Shown here one piece after another: positions 28,128 to 38,400 of a stretch of 64,000 bases of DNA. The position numbers and the translations under genes are program-made. Numbering within the stretch: position 1 is the first letter of the stretch; each line of letters begins with the position of its first letter. The notes beneath the pieces were generated by a model, which was given only the letters and a program-made list of their open reading frames with translations, did not search any database and was not told where the DNA came from. Source of the stretch: an uncultured Alphaproteobacteria bacterium (GTDB lineage Bacteria > Pseudomonadota > Alphaproteobacteria > Rhizobiales > Xanthobacteraceae); the NCBI GenBank assembly GCA_963840055.1, contig CAWIXM010000045.1, positions 79,971 to 143,970 of the forward strand, in the 5' to 3' direction.

Positions 28128-30158
28128 ATGCGTCGCCGGGCCTGGTCATCCATCATTGCTGCGTGCGCGGGCGTAGTTCTGCTCGGCGCGTCGGGCGAAT
28201 TCGTTTCGGCTCAGCTCGCGCTCACGCCGCCGGATGCCGTGACTTCGGCGCCGCTGCCGGAGCCCGCCGTGGGCGTCACGATCGAGTGGCGGGTGCGCAA
28301 CCGTTTCCGCTTGTTTCGCGAGGAACGCGATTTCGATCGTCACGTCGCGGCGCAATTGGGACGCAGCATCCTCGCCGCTGAGCAGACGCTCGCGCTCGAG
28401 AGCGACGGCCGTGGATGGGCCCGCGACATGGTTGCGCGGCTCTGCGTTGATTCCGCCGGCAACGTGGTCGAGGAATGCGTACGCGACGGCGTGCGTGAAT
28501 CCTATCTCGCTCCGGTCGATCATTTGGTTGAGACGCGCCTGGCGGGTCCCATCGACGCGTCGGCTAGCTGCGCCTGGAGCTTCGAGGATGGCGACGGTGA
28601 GCCGCGCAGTCTGACCGTCGGCTGTGGCGAACCGATCAATATACGCGTCGTGTACGGTCGGCCGACCATCGCCGTGGTCGACATAACCGCGAACGGCAAG
28701 ACCACCCGGGCGACGACGGAAATTCTCGTGCGCGATCTCCTGATCGCCGGACTTGGCGACTCGATCGCGTCGGGCGAAGGCAATCCGGATCGGCCGGTCG
28801 CCCTGGCCGACGACGGCTTCTGTTTCCGCCAGTTCATCGCCACGGGAGCAAGCGAGTATTTCCGCCCCGGCCGCGCTGGCTATCGGGGCGACAAATCCTG
28901 CGGCGGAGGGCAAAGCGCCGAATCCGATCGCGTCGCCTGGGCGCGGCTCGCTGCTCGCTGGATGAGCGCGCCTTGTCACCGCTCACTTTATTCTTATCAA
29001 CTGCGGGCAGCGCTTGCGCTGGCGGTGGAGAATCCGCGGATCGCGGTGACGTTCATCCCGCTCGCCTGCACCGGCGCGACGATCGAAGCGGGGCTGTTCG
29101 GCTCGCAGCGCGCCCGCGAACTTAATTGCGGCGTCAGTGGCGCTTCATCGTGCCCGTCGAGCGTTCCCGCTCAACTCGGACGGCTGCGTGAGCTGGCCGC
29201 CCGCGCGCAACGGGCGATGCCCGGCCGAAGCCTCGATCTCGTTTTTCTGACCATCGGCGCCAACGATATTGATTTCTCCGGACTCGTCGCCGACGTGATC
29301 ATCGAGGCGCGCGCGGAACGATTGCTGTTTCAGCGCGCCGGTATGATCTCGAATGTCGCGGCGGCGCAATCTGCCCTCGACCGCAAGCTCCCCTCCGCCT
29401 TCGCCAAATTGCGGCTCGCGCTCGCGCCGCTCGTCGGGGGGCACCTCGATCGGGTCGTCTACACCTCTTACGGCAATCCGACGCTCAGCCCCATAGGAGG
29501 CGTCTGTCCGGGCGGCCGCGATGGATTCGATATTCATCCCGCCTTCGGCGTGGACGGGGGGCGCCTGCATCGGGTGACGTCGTTCGTCGAGAACCGGTTT
29601 TTCCCCCGGCTCAAGGCGCTTGCGACATGCAGCGGCGGTGCCCTGTGCAACGATCCCATCAATCAGCGCATGACCTTCGTCGACGCCCATCAATTCAGCT
29701 TTGGCGAACATGGGTTTTGCGCACGGGCGGCAAGCGACCCTGTTTTCGATCAGGACTGTTTCTCCGCCGAGGGAGCGAGTTTCGCCTCAGGCCCGGTGGA
29801 GGGCGCGACAGATCCGCTTCGCTGCAACCATCGAGCAAGCGAGTTCCGCCCCTACGCCTCGCGCGCCCGCTGGATCAGGACCGCCAACGACAGCTACTTC
29901 GCGGCGATGACCTTCCCCGAAGGCGTCTCGGCGGCGTTGCAGCCGAGCAATCTGCATGACGCGACTTGGGGCGTGCTGTCGGCGGTCTATGGCGGCGCGA
30001 TTCATCCAACCGCCGAAGGACACGCTGCCATGGCCGACGCCGCCGCCGCGGCCGCACGCACCGTGCTCAATCTCCAACAACCCTTCAATAATTCGATCGT
30101 GGCGACGCCGCTCTCCGAGCCAATCGCGGTAGCGCCGAACCAGGGCGCACCGCGCTGA
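28128..30158 (+). CDS. secreted SGNH/GDSL-type hydrolase family protein with about 200-aa N-terminal domain of unknown function
   Basis: The ATG at 28128 follows AAGGAG, and the signal peptide is MRRRAWSSIIAACAGVVLLGASGEFVSA. Block I is GLGDSIASGEG, block III is LTIGANDIDF and block V is HPTAEGH. Confidence 0.7.
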   Translation: MRRRAWSSIIAACAGVVLLGASGEFVSAQLALTPPDAVTSAPLPEPAVGVTIEWRVRNRFRLFREERDFDRHVAAQLGRSILAAEQTLALESDGRGWARDMVARLCVDSAGNVVEECVRDGVRESYLAPVDHLVETRLAGPIDASASCAWSFEDGDGEPRSLTVGCGEPINIRVVYGRPTIAVVDITANGKTTRATTEILVRDLLIAGLGDSIASGEGNPDRPVALADDGFCFRQFIATGASEYFRPGRAGYRGDKSCGGGQSAESDRVAWARLAARWMSAPCHRSLYSYQLRAALALAVENPRIAVTFIPLACTGATIEAGLFGSQRARELNCGVSGASSCPSSVPAQLGRLRELAARAQRAMPGRSLDLVFLTIGANDIDFSGLVADVIIEARAERLLFQRAGMISNVAAAQSALDRKLPSAFAKLRLALAPLVGGHLDRVVYTSYGNPTLSPIGGVCPGGRDGFDIHPAFGVDGGRLHRVTSFVENRFFPRLKALATCSGGALCNDPINQRMTFVDAHQFSFGEHGFCARAASDPVFDQDCFSAEGASFASGPVEGATDPLRCNHRASEFRPYASRARWIRTANDSYFAAMTFPEGVSAALQPSNLHDATWGVLSAVYGGAIHPTAEGHAAMADAAAAAARTVLNLQQPFNNSIVATPLSEPIAVAPNQGAPR

Positions 30159-30232
30159 CGCCCCTCACCGCCGCTAGCGGTAAGACGTCCACCTAGCATC
30201 GCGGAGGAGCGCGCCGGTTCCGGCGGCATGGC

Positions 30233-31372
<1,140 letters not shown>

Positions 31373-31392
31373 TCAACAACTCTTCGGATCAT

Positions 31393-31713
31393 TTAAGCCT
31401 GTCGCTCCGGCGTTCGCACCACCAGCCCGTCGAGTTCCTCGCTCACCTTGATCTGACAGGACAGACGCGAGTTCGGCCGAACATCATATCCGAAATCGAG
31501 CATATCCTCTTCCATCGCCGCGGGCGGCCCGACTTTCTCGCGCCAAGCCTCGTCGACATACACGTGGCAGGTGGCGCAGGCGCAGGCGCCTCCGCATTCA
31601 GCTTCGATACCGGGCACACCGTTCTTGATCGCCGTTTCCATCACCGTTGCGCCCACTTGGGCGTCGACGGTGCGCTCAGTCCCGGCGACATCAATGTATG
31701 TGATCTTGACCAT
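31393..31713 (-). CDS. 2Fe-2S ferredoxin, adrenodoxin/putidaredoxin type
   Basis: 106 aa. Cluster ligands lie in [12 protein letters not shown] and a later Cys lies in SRLSCQI. Confidence 0.9.
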   Translation of the reverse strand: MVKITYIDVAGTERTVDAQVGATVMETAIKNGVPGIEAECGGACACATCHVYVDEAWREKVGPPAAMEEDMLDFGYDVRPNSRLSCQIKVSEELDGLVVRTPERQA

Positions 31714-32468
31714 GTGGGTAGCGATAAAGAATGGCAGGGATTGGCAATTTTAAGTAAACTCGCCGCCTCTCATTATCTCAATCGCTCTCTTTGTATAGCT
31801 GCTGAGCAACCCGCGGCCGGCCGCTTGCGCTTTCCTCAACAGAGGGTTTTTTGTCGCCCAGGTAAGCAAATGGCCCCGGCTTTTGACCGGGGCCACTGTC
31901 CGCCGGACGATGTGAGGGGGGGTGGGGGGCTCGTCCAGCTTCCAGGGGTAAAAGTTAGGGCCTCCGTTATCTTTTACAAGGCGGCATCCGCACCCGCTTC
32001 ACTCTGACGCATCCCGCCAGGGCCTGCCGGGACGCGGCCCATCGCCGGCAAATTCACGAGGATGTAGAAGGACATCTCACCATCGACCGGTTCGGTCGGA
32101 ACGGCGGAAGCCGGATCGATCAAGCCGTTTTCAAGCAAGGATCCGCCGATCCCCTCTCGCCCAGCGAGGCCTTGGGGCGCTGTCCGTCATCATCTCGTCG
32201 CCGCATAGCCGCCGCATTGTCGCCGTCAGGCTGGGAGCGCCGAACCCGGCAGGCCCGGCTTTGCGCGTTAACGATGATTAAAAAGAGGTTACCGAACTGG
32301 TTTCCTTGGGGCTGTCAGAACGTTAGGATGCTTGCCTGCGGGGGCAGACGAGCGGCCGTGCCTGCTTGTCTGGGCGTGGCGGCCTTAGTGGCGTGCCCGC
32401 AAATCGGTGGACCCCGACAGTCCTCAGGGCCTCAGTCCTGTTTGGCGTAGCATGCGAGGCGACAAGCA

Positions 32469-35400
32469 ATGGCGAACTATCCGAAAAAGGCCAACGACCC
32501 GACGGAGGTCGCTCTTTCGGCGATTCAAGAGGCGCTGAATATGCGGACTTCCGAGGAGACGTTCGAAGAACCGCTGCCCCCCGACAATCGCTTCGACCCC
32601 CAACCCACCGACGCCGTGCAGGACGAGCCGCACCCGCGGCTTCCCTTCAAGGATGAGCTTCCGCCGTTCCCGGCTCCGCGCAGCCGTGGCGAGGAGGCCT
32701 TGCGCCGAGCCGCCAATGACGACCGCGAGACCATCGGGCAGGTGCTGCAGTCCCTCCAACGTCGGCCGACGCGGACGCCCTACATCGTCGCCGCGCTATT
32801 CGCCGCCGCTTGGGCGATCTCGGCGCTAGGCGTCGCACTCGGCTACTGGACGGAACTGAAGAGCATGTTCGCGCAGGCGAGCGTCGCCGTACCGCTTGCA
32901 GTCGCGCTCTTGTCGGGATTCGCCGCGCCGATCCTGTTCTTCTTTGTGCTCGCGCACATGGTGGCGCGCTCGCAGGAGTTGCGATACGTCGCCCAGGCGA
33001 TGGCGCGCGCCGCCGTCCGTTTCGTCGAACCGGAATCGATCGCCAATGATTCGATCGTAACCGTTGGCCAGGCGATCCGCCGCGAAGTCGCCGCGATGGG
33101 CGACGGGGTCGAGCGAGCGGTCGCCCGCGCTGCGGAGCTCGAAGCGCTGGTCAGCAGCGAGGTCGCCGCGCTCGAACGGGCCTACGACGACAACGAGATG
33201 CGCATCCGCGGCCTCATCGACGGCATCGCCCAACAGCGCGAGACGCTGGTCGGCGAAGCCGAACAAGTGCGCAACGCCGTCAGCAATGTACATGTCGACC
33301 TGTCGCATGACATTTTCACCGCGAGCGAGATGATCAGCGAACGCGTCAACGAGCTGTCGCAACGGATCACCAATGCGCTCGCCGAAGAGGTGACGCTCAA
33401 GACCAATCAGCTCAGCGAAACGATCGTCGAAATCGCCGGCAACATGCAGGAAATGCTGGCGAGCCGTGTCACTCGGATCGCCGACGAATTATCCGAGAAG
33501 TCGTTGTCGCTGGTCGAGATGATGGAGACCCGTTCGCGCGAGATCGTCGGAACGGTGCTTGCCCAGTCGGACGCGGTCACCAATACGCTCGTCGACACAT
33601 CAGGCCGGATCACCGAGACGATCGCGAGCCGTGTCGACGAGGTGAACAACACCCTGAAAACGACCGGCGACTCGATCGTGCTGGACCTTAGCCTGCGCGG
33701 CGGCGACATCGTCGCCAAGCTGGAGGAGACCGGTGGACGCGTCACCGAATCCCTGAATGCGCGCGGCGGGGACTATACGCAGGCGCTCACCCAGAACGCG
33801 GCCGAATTGGTGGACGCGATCCAGGTGCGTGGCGACGCGACGCGCGAGATGCTGGCCGAACGTCTCGCCGCCTTTGAAGCCATTCTCACCGAAGGGACGG
33901 CCGCGCTCACCGATCGGATCGGGGTGCGCAGCGATACCGCTTACGACATGCTGGCTGAACGCCTTGCGACCTTCGAGGACATCCTCGCCAACGGCACGAA
34001 CGAGCTTGCCGACCGGCTCACCTCGCGCGGCGACGCAGTGCGCGACATGCTGGCCGAACGCCTCGCCGCCTTCGAAGCCACTCTCACCGAAGGGACGGCC
34101 GCGCTCACCGATCGGGTCGGGGCGCGCAGCGATGCCGCGTACGGCTTGCTGGCTGAACGCCTTGCGACCTTCGAGGACATCCTCGCCAACGGCACGAACG
34201 AGCTTGCCGACCGGCTCACCTCGCGCGGCGACGCAGTGCGCGATATGCTGGCCGAACGCCTGCAGACGCTCGAGGGCATCTTCGCCCATGGCGGCGGCGA
34301 CTTCGCCGAGCGGATCGACATGCTCTCCGAGCGGCTTAAGGCGTTCGAGGAGATATTCACCAAGGACGGCCGCGAGCTCGCGGAACGGCTTGGACGCGAC
34401 ACGACGACGCTCGGCAGCCTAATCACCCGCCATCTGTCCGAATTCGATCGGACCGTGAAGATCTATGGAGGCGAGCTGGTTGAGCGGATCGATCAGCGCA
34501 CGCAAGACATTAACGAGACGATGAAGGCTTATGTCGACGGGTTCGACGAGCTGATCGATGCGAAAACAAGCGAGGTCGGGGCGACGCTCGAAAGTCAGTT
34601 GGTTCGCTTCGAGGACGCCCTGGATTCGCGCACACATTCGATCGGCGCCACCTGGGCTGCGCGCGTCGCCGAAATGAGCAAGAGCGTCGGCGAGAGCAGT
34701 AGGGATGTGGTCGCGACGCTCGACAGGCGCATCAACGAGATCACTGGCATTATCGCTAGCAGCGGCACGAATTTTGTCGAGACAATCGGCGCCAGGCTGG
34801 TGGCGCTCGACAGCTCGCTTGGCGCGCATGCGAGCGACATTGCCGACGCCCTTGACGGGCGGATCGCGCGGCTCGAGGACCTGCTGATCAACCGGGCGGA
34901 GGCGCTCACAACCGGCATCGAGTCACGCAGCCAAGCGGCCGCCGATCTGTTGTTCGACCGCGCCAATTCCATCACGCGCGACATCGAATCGCGCACCCAA
35001 GCCACAGCCGACCTCCTGCTCGGCCGAGCCAACTCCGTCGCCGCCGAAATCGAGACGTCCGCGAAGACTGCAACCGGTAATCTGTTGGATCGCGCCAGTT
35101 CTGTCGTCGCCGAGATCGAGACCCGCACGCGAACCGCAGCGGATCACCTGCTTGGAACTGCCAGTTCCGTCGCGACCTCGGCCGATCAGCTCCTCAGCCG
35201 CGCCGAGACAGTCGCTGGCGACATCGAAGCGCGCAACAGAGCCGCGGGCGATCAGCTGCTTGCGCGCGCCGAATCGATCGCGAGCGAGATTGAGAACCGC
35301 ACCAAGGCGGCGGCGGCCCTGGCTATGGAGAACGCCGGTTTGATCGCAAACGATGTCGACGCCCGTGCCAAAGCGGCGACTGATCTTTTGGCCGACCGCG

Positions 35401-38400
35401 TCGGGGCGGTCATCGCCAGCGTTGAGCAGTCGACCGGGTCGGCAGCAGAAACGCTTGCCGGCCGCGTGACCCAGCTTGCCGCTGAGATCGCGAACCGCAG
35501 CGACACCTCGGCGTCGTTGATCACCAGCCGGTTCGACGAATTCGCGCGCGACGTCGAAGTCCGCAGCAATACCGCCGCTTCGTTCCTGACCCAGCGGCTG
35601 GACAGCTTCGGCACGGACATGCAGGTCAAGAGCGACAGCGCGGCCGGATTCTTGGCCGAGCGCGCCGAGACCGCGGCGCGCTCCATCGAAGAGCGCAGCC
35701 ATACGGCGATCGAGTTCTTCGTAACGCGGCTCGACACGGCGACGGACGGGGCAGAGCAACGCAGTCGATCGGCTACCGAAGGACTGGCGGGCCGTCTCGA
35801 GCAGCTCTCCGCCGCTGCTGCTACGAGCGCCAGCGGCGCGCAACAAGCGATGGAATCGCTGATCGCTCGGACAACCGCCGCGATCGATGGCAGCGCGGAG
35901 GTCTGCGAAACGCGCGCCGGCGATATCGAGACCCTGCTGCGCAGACTCGCGAGCGAGATTGAGAACCGCACCAAGGCGGCGGCGGCCCTGGCCATGGAGA
36001 ACGCCGGTTTGATCGCAAACGATGTCGACGCCCGTACCAAAACGGCGGCTGATCTTTTGGCCGACCGCGTCGGGGCGGTCATCGCCAGCGTTGAGCAGTC
36101 GACCGGGTCGGCAGCAGAAACGCTTGCCGGCCGCGTGACCCAGCTTGCCGCTGAGATCGCGAACCGCAGCGACACCTCGGCGTCGTTGATCACCAGCCGG
36201 TTCGACGAATTCGCGCGCGACGTCGAAGTCCGCAGCAATACCGCCGCTTCGTTCCTGACCCAGCGGCTAGACAGCTTCGGCACGGACATGCAGGTCAAGA
36301 GCGACAGCGCGGCCGGATTCTTGGCCGAGCGCGCCGAGACCGCGGCGCGCTCCATCGAAGAGCGCAGCCATACGGCGATCGAGTTCTTCGTAACGCGGCT
36401 TGACACGGCGACGGACGAGGCAGAGCAACGCAGTCGATCGGCTACCGAAGCGCTAGCGGGCCGTCTCGAGCAGCTCTCCGCCGCTGCTGCTACGAGCGCC
36501 AGCGGCGCGCAACAAGCGATGGAATCGCTGATCGCTCGGACAACCGCCGCGATCGATGGCAGCGCGGAGGTCTGCGAAACGCGCGCCGGCGATATCGAGA
36601 CCCTGCTGGGCAGACTGTTGTCGGATCTCGGCGGCACGCTCAAGCGCGACGCCGCCGAACTGCAGCAGCTGCTGACCACGGCATCCGCGGAGGTGAGCGG
36701 AGCGCTCAAGCAGGACGTGGCCGAAGCCGAGCGCGCGCTTGGCGAGTTCGGGTCGAGTCTGCGCATGACGTTCAAACAAGATGCGGCCGAGGCCGAGCAA
36801 CTGCTTGGCGTGGTGGTCGGCCGCCTGAGCGGCACGATGAAGCAGGAAGCGGTCGACGTCGAGCGGCTGCTGGCGACGATTTCTTCCGGACTGCGTGAGG
36901 GGATCAAGCAGGACACAGCCGCGGTGAAGAACATGCTGACCACGCTCTCCACCAGCGTCGGCGACACGCTGAAGCGGGACGCGGCGGAGGTCGAGCGCAC
37001 GCTGACCACCCTCTCCTCGGGCATGAGCGGCACGCTCCGACAGGACACGGCGGAGGTCGAGCGCATGCTGACCGCCCTCTCCTCGGGCATGAGCGGCACG
37101 CTCAAGCAGGATGCGGCCGAGGTCGAGCGCATGCTCACCACTTTCGGGGGCATGAGCGACACGCTCAAGCAGGATGCGGCCGAGGTCGAGCGCATGCTGA
37201 ACGCCGCTTCCTCCGATATGGGCAGCGCGCTCAAGCAGAATTCCGCCGATGTCGAACGCTTGCTGGCCGCCATGTCCGCGGGAATGAGCAGCATGATCAA
37301 GAAAGACGCGGCGGAGGTCGAGCGGACGTTCGCGGAACTTTCTACGCGGATGAACGAGACGCTTCGACACGACGCGGCGCAGATCGAGCGAATGCTCGAA
37401 ACCCTGTTCACCGCGATGAGCGGATCGCTTAAGCACGATGCGGCGGAGGTCGAACGGCTCATCACCTCCGTGTCGTCCGGCATGAGCAATCTGCTCAAGG
37501 AGGATGCCGCCGAGGCGAATCGCGTGCTCAGCGCCCTGTCCGCCCATATGAGCGAAATGTTGAAGCACGACACCACCGCGCTCGAACAGACGCTTGCGGC
37601 GGCCGCGGCGAACGCCAGCGGCTCGGTCAGGCAGAACGCGACCGACGTCGAGCAGAGCTTGCGCGAACTCAGCGCGGACGTCGCCCGCAATTTCGTCGGC
37701 AAGGCCGATGAGATCGTGGCCGCGGTCGAGAATCGATGCGCTGACCTCAATCGGATTCTCGACGAGAAGAGCAACAGCCTGATCAATGCGCTCACCGTCA
37801 AGGGAAGCGAATTCACCGATGGCATGACGCGAATCACCGACGAGGCGGTGAAATCGATCGAGACGAAGGGTTTCGCCTTCACTCAGACGATGGTGGACAA
37901 CAGCAATGAACTCACGCGCCTGATCACCGAGGCGAGCGTGACGGCGACCGGCGCCGTCACTCGCAACCTCAAAGAGCTGCAGGACACGTCGCGCAGTTCT
38001 ATCGGCGAATCTGCCGCCGCCCTGACCAAGCGCATGCAGGACTGGCAGGAGACGACGAGAACGACGGTCGCGCAGTCCTCCGCCAATCTGACGCAGACTC
38101 TGCACGAACTGCACGAGACGGTGCGCGCCTCCGCCGACCAGGCGATCGCCACCCTCACTCAGAAGGCGCAGGAACTGCAAGAGACCACGCACACTTCGGT
38201 CACGCAATCGACCGCGTTGCTCACGCAGAAGGTGCATGAGCTACGTGACACGGCGCATACGGCCGTTACGCACTCTACCGCCGATCTGTCGCAGCGGACG
38301 CACGAGCTGCAGCAGGTCACCCGACAGATGGTGGAGGAATCGGTCACGGCGATCACGCAGCGGATGGAAGAGCTGCAACAATCGACGCAAGGCGCGGTCG

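Noticed and set aside
31916-31929. A G7-T-G6 run, considered as a G-quadruplex.
   Set aside because: There are only two G tracts. A four-tract intramolecular quadruplex would need zero-length loops. It is mentioned only as a landmark.
32268-32281. TTAA-CGATGA-TTAA upstream of the giant gene, considered as a CtrA box.
   Set aside because: The spacer is 6 nt, whereas the CtrA consensus is TTAA-N7-TTAA. It cannot be supported without experimental data.
36639-37691. Sixteen regularly spaced 66-bp repeats, considered as a possible CRISPR array.
   Set aside because: The units are contiguous with no unique spacers, are degenerate at the DNA level, and are perfectly in frame within a long ORF. They are coding repeats. 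No cas genes are present.
35252-37882. An 876-aa ORF on the minus strand, plus a 594-aa ORF at 36453..38237, lying inside the giant gene.
   Set aside because: They are antisense shadows of a GC-rich repetitive sense frame. The predicted products are Ser/Ala/Arg low complexity. The sense frame runs uninterrupted for 7.5 kb with coherent repeats, TM helices and a terminator.
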